Under the pieces are notes generated by a model, which did no database searches, was not told the DNA's origin, and was given only the letters and a program-made list of their open reading frames with translations. Made by a program: the position numbers and the translations under genes. Positions 38,181-50,910 of a stretch of 61,759 bases of DNA are shown one piece after another (positions within the stretch are counted from its first letter, which is position 1; each line of letters starts with the position of its first letter). The stretch is from Octopus bimaculoides (Eukaryota). The stretch lies in contig NC_068996.1 of NCBI RefSeq assembly GCF_001194135.2, positions 35,212,911 through 35,274,669 on the forward strand, read 5' to 3'.

Positions 38181-38794
38181 TTTTGGTTAGAGTGCTCGAT
38201 ACCTTGTGTGGCTAAAACAAATATTACAGGAGTAGGAATTGATCTCAGTATTATAGTGGTCACAGCTGTACACCTCAATAAGACTAATGTGTTGTTAAGT
38301 TAGTAACTAGGTCTGTAGAGTGAAGCCACAAAACCAGTGAGAAGAATTTGAAACTGTCGATCAACCGTGACTTGTCAATCAACCTTAGCTAGTGGTACCT
38401 GTAAATTTTTAATGACTAGTTACATTTCCAGTAGATGAATGGGTGTGATTATGTGTTCTGTGTTCCTTTGATGAATCATATACTCAGGTAAACTGGCTGT
38501 AAAAGTTTTTATTTATTTATTTATTTACTTATTTATTTTATCAATTAGTCAGAAGAAGAAAATAAATGTCCTTGACCTTTGTAAAGACTTCTCAGGCTGT
38601 TAAGCTACACCAACATTGTTTACGTTCTGTCAGAATATTCTGTCTGAACTCAAAGTAATGTGAAGGAATATTGAATATTGATTAATTATAATTGGCTGTT
38701 ATTGTTCTCTGTAATAGTAATAATAGTAATAACATGCCTTACAAGAGATATATCAAAAAATAACAGCAGTATAGCTGGCTTAGTTCTCTTTTTG

Positions 38795-38846
38795 GTTGCC
38801 TTGGTAACAATGTGATAGCCTTTATCACTTCAGTTGCTATGGTAAC
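38795..38846. promoter_or_regulatory. Two tandem RFX X-box-like motifs, each followed by a GATA-like site
   Basis: GTTGCCTTGGTAAC (38795-38808) and GTTGCTATGGTAAC (38833-38846) both fit GTTRCY-NN-RGYAAC. Each is followed by (a/c)atgTGATA. Confidence 0.45.
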
Positions 38847-39300
38847 CATGTGATAAATAAATAAGTGGATGGTAGAAAGAATGATAGAATGACGTATGCA
38901 AAAAAACAAAAAGATCTTTTTTTTCCTTTTTGTTTGAGACCGCAGGAAAAAAATAAATCAAAGAATCTTTTTGTACATGTTATTCAGTACACCAATCCTT
39001 ATTTGGATTAATTTATGCCATTAGTCAACTTGAATTACTTCTCTCAGTATATTTTATTTATATATATATTTTTGAACAATATGACAGTATATTTGTCTTT
39101 AGTTGACCAGGTTTTAGAGAAAAATAAAAAACTTAAAACTTAGACTTCATTTATGTTCAAGCAGTACCAGTTTTAAAATGATTTCATTGAAATTAACAAT
39201 CATCAAATCAATAATGCAATGAAGATGACAAGTGGTATTTTGTTCCTGCTCTTTATATTCTGAGTTCAACTTTGCATTCATACTCACATACACATGTATG

Positions 39301-39339
<39 letters not shown>

Positions 39340-39620
39340 TAAATATATAGATAATTAACAATAATATTAATATTAGCAGCCAACAAGCAATAATGCTGTT
39401 AAATGGCTAAACAATAAAATTTTGTAATTAATTTATACACTAAGTACCAGTTTGCTAGAAATAAGAGTTAAAATATTCAAACAAGCCATTATCTTACTGG
39501 TCTGTTATTTTTTTTAGTAAGATAGTGACTTGTTTCAGGATTTTAACTTATTTCTAACTTTGTGTACTTTCTATTATAATTAAAAATTAATTATCAAATT
39601 TTATTGTGCGTGTGTGTGTG

Positions 39621-39698
<78 letters not shown>

Positions 39699-39904
39699 GG
39701 TGTGTATATGTCTGTGTGTTTGTGTTTGTCCCCCACAACATCAGTTGACAACCGATAGTGGTGTGTTTATGTGCCTGTAATATAGCAGTTCGGCAAAAGA
39801 GATTGATAGAATAAGTACTAGGTTTACAAACAATAAGTCCTGTGGTTGATTTGCTCGACTAAAGGCAATGCTTCAGCATGGCCACAGTCAAATGGCTAAA
39901 ACAA

Positions 39905-39940
<36 letters not shown>

Positions 39941-39943
<3 letters not shown>

Positions 39944-40550
39944 TTGTGGTGTGCAAGAGAGACGATTGCGCTGGTATGGACATGTGGTGAGAATGGATGA
40001 GGATAGCTGCGTGAAAAAGTGCCACACCCTAACAGTTGAGGGAACCCGTGGAAGAGGTAGGCCCAGGAAGACCTGGGCTGAGGTGGTGAGGCAAGACCTT
40101 CGTACATTGGGCCTCACCGAGGCGATGACTACTGACCGAGACCTTTGGAAATGTGCTGTGCGTGAGAAGACCCGGCAAGCCAAGTAAGATCGTTGCCAGT
40201 GCCCCTGGACTGGTTCTTGTGCGGGTGGCACANNNNNNNNNNNNNNNNNNNNNNNNNNNNNNNNNNNNNNNNNNNNNNNNNNNNNNNNNNNNNNNNNNNN
40301 NNNNNNNNNNNNNNNNNNNNNNNNNNNNNNNNNNNNNNNNNNNNNNNTTTTCATGCGAGTGACACGTAAAAGCACCCACTACACTCTCTGAGTGGTTGGC
40401 GTTAGGAAGGGCATCCAGCTGTAGAAACTCTGCCAAATTAGACTGGAGCCTGGTGTTGCCATCCGGTTTCACCAGTCCTCAGTCAAATCGTCCAACCCAT
40501 GCTAGCATGGAAAGCGGACGTTAAACGATGATGATGATGATGATGATGAT
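39941..40550 (+). mobile_element. RTE-clade LINE 3' end with long 3'UTR and (GAT)n tail, inserted in (AT)n; spans an N-gap
   Basis: ORF QERRLRWYGHVVRMDEDSCVKKCHTLTVEGTRGRGRPRKTW... is the typical RTE RT C-terminus. Confidence 0.9.
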
Positions 40551-40594
40551 ATATATAAAAAGTATTATAATATGTGAGCGAGCGTGCATGCATG

Positions 40595-40637
<43 letters not shown>

Positions 40638-40639
40638 AT

Positions 40640-40850
40640 ATATCATCATCATCATCATCATTTATTATCCATGTTCCATGCTTGTATCAGATGGATGGTT
40701 TAACAGGATCTGAAACATCCAAGGATTGCATTGTGATCCAGTGCCCACTTTGGCATGATTTCTACAGCTGGACATCCATCATACCGCCAACCACTTCGGA
40801 GTATGTACTGGGTGCTTTCTTTATGCAACCAGCACTAATGAGGTCATTAT
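40640..40850 (-). mobile_element. RTE 3'UTR fragment
   Basis: (CAT)n, then tttctacagctggac...ccaaccacttcggagtatgtactgggtgctttc. Confidence 0.65.
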
Positions 40851-41078
40851 GTAGCTTACAAGAAAACAGAATCTGTTGGGGATGGTGTTAGCTTTATGCT
40901 AGGTAATGAAGGATTAGAATACTGTTTCACTTATTGGACTGTGGTCATGCTGGGGCATCAACTTGAAGAACTCAGTTGAATAAAACTCTAGTACCATTTT
41001 TTTAAGCCTGACACTTATTCTATTGATCTTTTTTTTCCAAACTTTAAATAACAGGGACATAAAACAACACTAATACAG

Positions 41079-41348
41079 TTCTATATTTAAGAGATAAGGA
41101 ATTATGTACATCATTTACAATTGACGGATATTTGTACTCATCTTGTTTGTTGTTAACATGTTTCAGCTGATATACCCTCCAGCCTTCATCAGGTGTCTTG
41201 GGGAAATTTCGAACTTAGGTTTTCATTCCTAAGGTATTTTTTAATGTTGATGTTATTTTTATTATTATTCAGGTCACTGCCTGGAATCGAACTCAGAATC
41301 TTGGGGTTAGTAGCCCATGCTCTTAACCACTATGCCATATGCCCGTGG
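41079..41348 (-). mobile_element. tRNA-headed short element with a Penelope-type hammerhead remnant
   Basis: tRNA-like head at 41272-41344 with A box TGGCATAGTGG and B box GAGTTCGATTCC, then an AT-rich linker, then GACAC CTGATGA A GGCTG GAGGGTATAT CAGCT GAAAC A TGTT (41155-41197). Confidence 0.65.
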
Positions 41349-42494
41349 GTTATTTTATAGTTAATGTGAAATTTGATTACAACAGATGTATTACAGCTAG
41401 AATGAAATTGTGTATGTGTGTGTGTGTTTATAAGGATGTTAAATTTATGTAAATTCCTTGTGGTAAGGGACTAAATTGAGATTGGTAAGAAGAATACAAG
41501 TACTGGGGTGGGCATAATTGATTAAAACATTTCAATGCACTGAATGAAAGCATTTAAAGAACAAAAAAAATTTTATATTTTGAAGGAAATGCTTTTAAAA
41601 TAAATGATATTGAATAAATAACTGACTGTATTGATAAGATGTTGGACTTTTAACCTATGTTTCAAAGGTTAAAGCTCTTGTCACCTTCCAACATAACTGT
41701 ATAGCATAGACAAACACACAATTATCTCTGTAAAATCGCTCCCTTTATAGAAAAATAGGAAACGCTCAACAATAATTATTGTTATGAGAAGAAAGAAACA
41801 GCACTGTAGAAGAAACATCAATCAAATTTCTTTGAGAACAGCATTTTGCAAGCTATGTTTTAATGCAAAAAAATGTTTTAAAAATAATGGAGAGAAGAGA
41901 GAGAAAGAGGGAGAAAAGGAGAGATGTTAAAATGGAGATACTAAAAACTGTTGATCAGAGCTGTGACTCAACAATCCTTGATTCCATTCCTGTTTCTTGG
42001 AGATGAGATTCTCTCAGAAACATATAATTTGGGAAACGAAATAGGGAACAGGAAATTCTTCTGCTTTCATAATATTTGCTGAGTGATGCCTGTGTTTACC
42101 AATATTTGTTTTAAACTATAAACATGGAATTACTTGAAAATATCTAGGTGCAAAATATTATAGAAATAGTTTTTTTTTCCTTTAATTTTAAAGAAACAGA
42201 AAAAGGAATGTGAAATGGTAAAATTACAGTTTTCTAAGACTGCTCTTTAAATTACTTTATATAGAGTAGTAGTAGTTGTTAAACACAAGCTCAATCCTGA
42301 TTCTGTAGACTTATGATAGAGGGCATTTATGATAGCGGGCATAGGTAGTGAGATAAAAGAAAGAAAAATAGGAGTGAAAAAGAGAAATGAAAAAGGGAAA
42401 GTGATCAACAGGTAGATAAGAGGTGGGAGTGTTAGAGGTGAATAGGATAGCAGCAATTATAGGCTTGGCATGATACAAATTATATGTGTATATA

Positions 42495-42780
42495 TTCTAT
42501 CAGTCTTTTTTTTTTTAACTGCTAAGTTACAGAGACATAAACACACCAACATTGGTTGTCAAGTGATGGTGGGGAACAATCACAGATAAATATATACATA
42601 TAATATATATATACATACAAACAATGGGCTTCTTTCCATTAACCAAATCCATTCACAAGGCTTTGGACAGCCTGAGGCTATTTTAGAAGACACTTGCCCA
42701 AGGTGCCATGCATTGGGACTGAACCTGGAACCATGTGGTTGGGAAGCAAGCTTCTTACCACACAGCCACTCCTATGCCTA
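42495..42780 (-). mobile_element. Family A SINE with intact 5' end, 3'-truncated, joined to U6
   Basis: Starts TAGGCATAGGAGTGGCTGTGTGGTAAG at 42780 and ends at gactgatagaata. Confidence 0.88.
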
Positions 42781-42781
42781 G

Positions 42782-42886
42782 AAAATATGGTATGTTCCAC
42801 GAATTTGTGTGTCATCTTTGCACAGGGACCATACTAATCTTCTCTGTATCATTCCAATTTTAGGATATGTACTGCTAAAGTAGTAT
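42782..42886 (-). pseudogene. U6: Full-length U6 snRNA pseudogene
   Basis: Minus strand ATACTACTTTAGCAGTACATATCCTAAAATTGGAATGATACAGAGAAGATTAGTATGGTCCCTGTGCAAAGATGACACACAAATTCGTGGAACATACCATATTTT aligns end to end with U6. The ACAGAGA box is intact, the catalytic AGC triad is mutated to AGT, and several differences are CpG transitions. Confidence 0.95.
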
Positions 42887-42974
42887 ATAAATACACACTC
42901 TCGCACACATACATAAAAATACATAGCTTCACTTGCTACCATTATTTCAAAATGTTTTGATAGTCAAAGTCTTC

Positions 42975-43440
42975 AATGGCACTGCATATCATCAATCAGA
43001 ACAGTCCACCATTTCCTTCAATGAAATGCAGCATCTTCAGGTCAACCTTCACTACTTCATCCCTATTTTCCCTTGGTTTCCCCTATTCCACAGGTTCTAA
43101 TATCTTAGAAGGCTCACAATTTCCTTCTCTTGTACAGCAGTCACCTTCCATACACATCACATGCCCCTTCTCTTGTACACAACACCTTATACCTCTTATA
43201 TTCAGTTTTTCTTTCAGCCCATTTGTACCTTGGTGTTCACATACATTAACATTCATATCCAGCAGAACATGCTTGCTTCATGTCTTTCTAGTCTTCAACA
43301 TTCAAGGCCCATGTCTCACAATCATGCAGTATCACAGTTCTATTACAAGCCATCATACAATCTGCCTTTTACTCTAATGAAGGTCTTTCTTGCCAGCAGA
43401 GATATACCTCCCTGAACTTTTTCCAACTAGTTTCTACTTT
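42975..43440 (-). mobile_element. Decayed RTE RT C-terminal fragment
   Basis: Reverse-complement translation resembles the VKGRLYD...CETWALN...ELKEKLNIRGIRCCVQE...EVVKVDLKML region of RTE elements, with stops and frameshifts. Confidence 0.7.
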
Positions 43441-44192
43441 GGCTATTATACCTTTGGAATAACTAATTCCACTACAATTATGTCACCTTGGTAATTAAAT
43501 CCAATCAACTACTTCTAGAGAGCCAGCTGAGCTTTTAAGAGAATCTATTTCTAGTGCACTTTTAATGGTTATTGCTCCAATCCATCAGCCAAATACTAAG
43601 CCTGCTTTTTCTGTTAGCCTTGTTGTGATTCCACTATATCTCTTGTGCATCTCTCTCTCTGTCTCTCTCCCACAGACACACACAAGCATGTGTATGTATG
43701 CATGTATTAGAGAGAAATTTTATTAAAACTGGGTGTTTATTTTGCAACTCAAGTTTCAATAAACTATATACTTCACATATATTCAGCACTTCTTTTCTAT
43801 TCGTTCAACACAATTCCAGATTTGTGTGCATGTGTGTGTGTGTGCATATCCATCTATCTGTGTGTGTGTGCATATCCATCTATCTGTGTGTGTGTGTGTG
43901 TGTGTGCGTGCATATAAACCTTGCGAGTAAGACTAATAGCAGTAGGGTGGAGGAGCGGAATACATCCAGCCAGCACTAGGCTCATCTTCTGTTTCATCAT
44001 TCAAAGGCAAACAGTTAATTAGTACCCTCCACCACTGCCAATCCTGCTAATTATTTACAATAATAAAAGATTATTGTACAAAAGCGAGACTATCGTATAA
44101 GACTTGGTAATTTAAAGCTTAACAGTGGTGGCAGTGGTGGTAGAGAGGATGAGAGCAGTAATTTTAAACTAGTTTGCTGACTAGTGAAAAGG

Positions 44193-44195
<3 letters not shown>

Positions 44196-44264
<69 letters not shown>
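44196..44264. repeat. (CA)n microsatellite; other (AT)n tracts at 1-51, ~25247-25302, ~39625-39692, ~59745-59801 and ~61580-61618
   Basis: Direct reading. Confidence 0.97.
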
Positions 44265-44268
<4 letters not shown>

Positions 44269-44710
44269 CTGAGGTCATTTCATTAACCTTTCATATAGCA
44301 ATATACATCCAAATCTCCCTTTGGCTGGTATCTAGATTAGGAAATACTGCTTGCTATGTATAGCAAACTTTAATGGTATTTCTTATTTGATGTAAAATTA
44401 CTGGGCTATTTCCAGTAATTACACTGGCCAAGAACAACAACAAAAGAGAAAGATATTTCTACTGCTTTGAAAGTTAGACATGTTCTTGATTACACTTCAG
44501 GCACTAACGCAGAATATAAAATCAGTTTTTCGCTATCAGCACTACTTTTGACGATATAGTATAGTTCTTCATCTACCGACTGATGCATTCGTTTACACAC
44601 TGAAATAAGGATGTCAAGTTCCACCCTACATTTTCATATTCCTGAATATATTTAGTGGTGCTGCTTTGAAATATACCATCAGTTTTATCCTATTAGCTCA
44701 AATTAATATT

Positions 44711-45104
44711 AACTAGAAAAGCACTCGGAGAGCGCAGACCTTCGCCAAGCTCATTTTAAGATAGATACACAAGTAAAATTACTAATAGAGAAATGAAAAT
44801 AAACTTTGGAAACAGCAACGCCACCATAGTTTACGTGGAAACGATGAACTTGTTTTCAAGGGAGATAATCAAAGAACGTAACATTGTAATACTTCATGTA
44901 AATATAACAAATGAATAATCCTTCTAGAATCCATCAAAATTCCCAGACCACTACCAAAATTTCATCATCTGTTCCTTGTGTCATTACCAACTTTTCATGC
45001 AAGTTTCATCAAATACCGTTCACAACATTTTGTGTTATTTTGCACACAGACAGACAAACCAACGCTGATAAAAATATAACCTCCTTCCTTGGTAGAGGTA
45101 ATAA
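44711..45104 (-). mobile_element. HINE, complete
   Basis: Minus strand begins ttattacctctaccaaggaaggaggttat and ends cttggcgaaggtctgcgctctccgagtgcttttctagtt. Confidence 0.8.
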
Positions 45105-45444
45105 ATTTATTAGTTAGTGATTTGGTGATATCTACTTAATTAATGGTATCTGCTGATTTGATGCAAAACTAATGATATTAATACTATGATTAAATATTAC
45201 ATGCTGTTAAAATAATCTCATATTTGTAAAGCTGTGGGCAGATGTACCACAAGAGGAACACTGTATTTCCAAGTCTTGAAAAGAAAAGGCTAAACTGATA
45301 GTATATTTAGAATCAGTACCCTGAATATACCCCAACAAAAATTAGATATATAAGGCACTAAAACGAATATTACAATCATTTACTTTCTAATGATGATTAT
45401 TAAAAACATGGGAGTATGTCATAAAACAACAAAAAATTACATCC

Positions 45445-45843
45445 TTTTATTCTTTTATTCGTTTCAGTCAATCAACTGTGGCCATGCTGGGGCAATGCCA
45501 TGAAAATTTTTTTAGTCAAATGAATCAACCACAGTAGTTTTATTTTTTATTTATTTATTTATTTTTTTGAAGTATGATACTAGTTCCATCAGTCCCTTTT
45601 GCTGAAGCTACAAGGATGTAAACACACCAACACCAGTCGTCAAGCAGTGGTGGGGGGACAAACACTGACACAAAAATACACACACACACAAAATGGGCAA
45701 CTTCCAGCTTCCATTTTCTAAATCCACTCACAAGGCTTTGATCAACCTGAGGTTATAGTCCAAGAGGCCACACAGTGGGACTGAACCCAGAGTCATGTAG
45801 TTAGGAAGCAAGTTTCTTACCACACATCCACACCTGTGCCTAC
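45445..45843 (-). mobile_element. Family A SINE, full length
   Basis: Head gtaggcacaggtgtggatgtgtgg through to the aaaagaataaaag tail. Confidence 0.85.
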
Positions 45844-47300
45844 ATTGTATACAAAAAAAATACTATTAAAAAAACAACAAAGGACAATGTGATTTTGGGT
45901 TCAAGACTTCCAAATAAGTCAAAAGCAAGTAGTTAGTAAAAATTATGTTGCCCCAATTTGAATTAATCTATAAATAGTTATGATCAAATTTCAGTACAAC
46001 GGTAACCATTTCAACAAGCATTACATACCTAAGAGAATATTATCTAATTTATTTTTTCCCACCATTTTTTTTTTTTTAGAGTATGATTTAGAGTATTGTT
46101 GAAAATTATGCTTTGAGGGTGATTTTGTTGCTATTTCTACCTGGTCAAGTGACCTAGTAGTTATCTTCTTAATGTTAGTTCGTTATTGGAAACAAGTAGT
46201 TTTGTATGAGAATAATTACCATATAATAATTATATGCCACTCAGCTAGTCTATAAATCAATGTTAAGTAGAAAGAGAAGCTAATAAATTCATGAAAGATC
46301 TTGCTTAAGACATTAGCTATTTCATCTCATCACAAACTCCACTGCTGGCATATACACACATACATAAATTACACAAACAGGCAGTTAGGTAGTTCACCAC
46401 TTTCAGTGTCTTTGAATTGTGCAGATTATAACAGTTAATTGGAAATATCTTCTTTATTGTACTGAATGAGTACAGCCATCCTGGTAGTGAAAGGTTGGGA
46501 GCTTTGACATAACCCCATCACTACCACCTTCACTCCTCACCAAACATAGTTGTCTGCATGCTGTAGCTGCATACTTCTCCTCTGGGATTCACAAACACCA
46601 CTAACCCTTCTCACTCACACTGTCATCTACTGCCAAAGCTGTGCATTCCACCTGGGTCCTCTACTGAGCTTCAAACACAATCCCCACTCTTAACCACATG
46701 TTGATCTCATACTACAGCTGTACATTGCATCAGAGTCCTCCCTTGAGCTTCAAACACAACCTCACCCCCACTCCTCACCCCACATCTTCATCTCGTGCCA
46801 CATTCCACTGTACATTCCACCAGGATCCTCCCTGTCCAGTTCTTGATCTCATCACTCCATCTTTATCATTATTTCTCAAGTACCCATTTTCCATCCCACC
46901 AGCTTCCAAGTATACTGACAAAAAGATTCTAGGCCATGCTACCATGGTCGAAATATTACAAGTTCACTGCCTGATCATCATCACTGCCAATGTTTGTTCC
47001 ACTTCCCATCTGCTCAAGAACCAGATTGTTTGTTCTGCAGTCCTAAAGTACAGCATACATTTGTAGCACATTTTCTCCAACACCCTCATTTGCATGGTGT
47101 CAGCCATCCTGTAGGATTCATACTTCCACACCTTCCCAACACTATTGGACAGATTAGGCTTTTTATAAAGTGTTAAAAATGTTTTTAAATACTAGGAACA
47201 TCATTTATATTTTCAGTACAACTTCATTAGTACTGTGCAAAAAAAAGAGAAAAAAAAAAACTCTTGTACACTCTGGAGATATGGAATTGACAGAAAGCTA

Positions 47301-47533
47301 GGTAGTGAGCTGGCAGAAACATTAGCATGCTGGGCAAAATGCTTAGCGGTATTTTGTCTGTCTTTGCGTTCTGAGTTCAAATTCCGCCGAGGTCGACTTT
47401 GCCCTTCATCCGTTCAGGGTCGATAAATTAAGTACCAGTTACACACTGGGGTCGATGTAATCTACTTAATCCCTTTGTCCATCCCTGTTTGTCTCCTCTA
47501 TGTTTAGCCCCTTGCAGGCAATAAAGAAATGAG
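47301..47533 (+). mobile_element. Family B tRNA-derived SINE, best-preserved copy
   Basis: tRNA-like head (gagctggcagaaac...gagttcaaattcc) plus central gactttgcc(c/t)ttcatcc(g/t)ttcagggtcgataaattaagtaccag. From memory this resembles the Meta/MESC-type SINE domain. Confidence 0.85.
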
Positions 47534-47860
47534 AAAGCTAGTTGTGTTCCACCAAAGATGCTTGAGAAGGATTGTAAGAACATACTGGCAAGACCACATA
47601 AACAATGAAGATATTCTAAAGAGGACCAATAAAAGACCATTTAGCAAAATCTTCACAGAACAATGATTACAACTAGCAGATCACATACTCAGGCTACCAG
47701 AACAATGACAGCCTAAAACAGCTTTCAAATGAACACCACCAGAGGGAAAAAGAAAGAGAAGAACTGACAAGAAGCCAATACCATGAGGGTGGAGGTTGGG
47801 AAAATTGCAACCAACTTCTGTGATTTCTTAACTTGCTGCCCAATGTGCTCAAGTGTACAG
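47532..47860 (+). mobile_element. Decayed RTE-clade LINE C-terminal fragment (different family)
   Basis: RKLVVFHQRCLRRIVRTYWQDHINNEDILKRTNKRPFS...LADHILRLPE...PKTAFK*TPPEGKRKR. Confidence 0.8.
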
Positions 47861-49474
47861 GAGGAAGAGATACTGGTACACTTTCTCTCTCTCTTGCTGT
47901 AAAGTGGTTGATATTAGCAAGAGCATCAAGCTATAGAAACCATACCAAAGCAGATACTGGAGCTTGGGTCAATCCTCTTACTGAACCATCTAATCTATGA
48001 CAGAATTGAAGATGGACATTAAATGATGATGAAGACAATTAAGAGCAAAACCTGTTTGAAGTATGATATAACAAAAATACAATAAAAAATCAAAATCAAT
48101 TTTATTTATAAAAGATATTTTCAGTCGTGATTTAGATTATAAAACAAGGTCATTTTGTTTTAAATACAAGTTGATAGTCTAAAGGTTAAAATACAATAAT
48201 AAGAATAATAAGAATCAACAACAACTCTTTGTTGAGTAGCTTAGACTTATGACAAACATTCCACTTGTTCATAGATTTTGATTTAAACAAAGAATTTTTC
48301 TCCTGATTAGAATTACAATGGCATATATTTCAGGAATGGATTTTTAGCTGTGGTTGCTTCATATTTTCTCAAAATATTACAAATGGCATGTTTGTTTAGA
48401 TTTTAGTCTGAGTTGTAGGGGAACAATGCTGTAATAGCTTTGTTGGGGAGATAATTTTTATTTCTTTAAGTCAATATCAGCAAAAGGGGAGGGAGACGAA
48501 CATACAAATAGAGACAAGTGTGACGAAGGGAAAGCTATAGCAGTTCTGGAGATAAAGATCAAAATGCTTAATGCAAGTTTTTAGTGAAGTGAGAAATTAG
48601 AGGACTGAGGGTAGGTGGCAATTGCTTATGGTACACTTGGTTCAGAAGTGAGAAACAATAGAGCAACAAGGATCTAAGGGTTCAGAATCAATAGGATTGA
48701 AGGGAGAAGGTGAAGAAAAGCAACTTTTGCTTTCAGTCAGAGTCAGTGGAACCACTGTAATAATGATAACAGAAATAAAGAAGATACACAACACAATTAT
48801 GAACCACCCTCATCCAGCAGATGTATAAGACCAAAGGCAATCTAGCTGTGATCATCCCATCTTTTACCTCTGTACAGAGAAACCACGATAACATTTTCAA
48901 ATGTTTCCCCCACCCCTTAAGACAGTAGGGTCTGGTTTGAGGGAGATTTAGCTGTTATTTTTAGCAGGTCAGGCAACTATGTAGACAAACACTCACTTAC
49001 TGTAAGAAAGATTATGAATCAAGATGGATGGGATTTCTGTCTGTAGGTAATCAATAATATCCATCATTGGGTGATTGGTCTTTAGAATAAAGGCATTATA
49101 AACGTTATTCAAAAACGGTTGTGAAATTAAATGGCTGCAACTGTGAATCAAAACTGAACTGTAAGATCTTCAGTTTACTGATGCTCACTTCAAGAATAAA
49201 GTGGCAGGAGCACTGTGTAATCAATAAGTGTTTCATTAATTTGCAGTGCTGAGTCCAAGTCTGCCTATGAAACAAACTAAACTCTGTGACCACATATTAA
49301 TCATTTCAATCACCATTATGGTAAACGGTTTTAACAGAATAGACAAGTGAAGGTGTAACCTCCTTGTGGTTGCCTACTTAACTGAGTTTTGTGCACAGCA
49401 CTAATCTTCCAGCCCATGAGTCAGTTTGCAGCTTCTGCCATTTAGAAAGAAAGAACGAACCAACCAACCACCAC

Positions 49475-49530
<56 letters not shown>

Positions 49531-50689
49531 CATTCATACCATATACACACATACATGTATGTATGTGCATTACAGTATCAACCAGACTATGAGATGGGAT
49601 GCAGTGCTAGTCGCAATGCACTTCACATTGTTTCAGCTTTGAATGATGCAACTCCACTAGATAAATAGGCCAACTATTCCTTCTGAACCAGTCCACTTCA
49701 GGGTTAGCCATTTACAGATAAGTGAACTGAACCAATACAGAATGAAGTGTTTTGATCAAGCATACAATACATTGCTGGTCTGGAAATTGAAACCGTGATT
49801 AGGGTGTTCCACTCACAATCACACAAACAACTAGGTCATGTACCTTCAAAATACATATATATATATATATATATACACACACATACACTCATACATGCAT
49901 ATACATATGTGTAGCATATATGTGCTTGTCATAAGATGCCCAGTTGGCAAAGATTATTATATCATTATAGAGATTAATATAGTACATGATGGGATTTGAC
50001 ATGAAAAGGTTGATGAAAGAGAGAATCAAATGAAACATAAAAGCCTGAGTAGAATTGGTAGGAGCTTAGCTAACTCTAGGGAGCAGAGGCCATTATAATG
50101 GCATATGGCGTCAGTAATTGCTCAGGGCAAGCAGTTGGTGACCTTTATATAGTAAAACACAAAAACTAAGCGAAACACAGGTGCATGACTGAGTTAAAGG
50201 CAGATCTATTTCTGCTTTTATGGCACATGAAGAAAATGGTGTTGTAGAAATGTACGCAGCACATGTAACACAGCAGTACTATGCATAGCTTAAATACTGA
50301 GATTGAAAAGCTGGGGTGAATTATGCCTACCTAATCTACAAAAAAATAATCAGACTAACCTTTACAATTTTACTGATTCTGGTGCATATTTTGCCATGCA
50401 AGGAAAATGTTGCTTTCAATCTATTTTATTCAAGGTAGGCACTGCCTACTTTGCCTACCTAGGCAGCACATCTCTGGTAGAAACAGTAGAGAAGAGAGGA
50501 TACAGTATACCTGTTAGCTGAGGCTGGAATGTATCAGTGAAGGAAATTTTTGCCAGTCAATCAGGTGATTATTTTCTGGATGCTGTCTAGAATGTATGTC
50601 CAGCTATAACACTGCTCTACTGTAACAAAACCAAAAAAAGTGTGTCCCCAGGACAATCCTGTCTCGAGTCTTAGTATTCATAGGGTCAG

Positions 50690-50910
50690 TCAGTTACCCA
50701 GTTCCCATGGCATAGGTGTTTAAGTAACCAAGATCACAACATTCCCCCTGAATGAACTGCCAGTCTGTTGCATAGTTACTCATTTACAGTTGAGTGCACT
50801 GGAGCAATGTGAAATGAAGTAACTTGCTCAAGAACACAATGCACCATTCAGTCCAAGAATCAAAACCATGATCTTGCAATCATGAATACAACAGCTTAAC
50901 CACTAGGCCA
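50690..50910 (-). mobile_element. Decayed tRNA/Deu-Nin-like SINE; related fragment at ~49690-49800
   Basis: catttacagttgagtgcactggagcaatgtgaaatgaagtaacttgctcaagaacac followed by a tRNA-like head (ttaaccactaggccaca). Confidence 0.6.

Noticed and set aside
41272-41344. Functional tRNA gene
   Set aside because: The anticodon reads ACT, the acceptor stem is poor, and it is embedded in a repeat. Treated as a SINE head.
42782-42886. Functional U6 gene
   Set aside because: The catalytic AGC triad is mutated, the 5' stem-loop is damaged, and no recognisable PSE/TATA spacing lies upstream.
46480-47175. Possible CR1/L2-type LINE C-terminus (also ~21950-22260, 31075-31310, 48500-48720)
   Set aside because: Too decayed to support motif-level assignment by eye.
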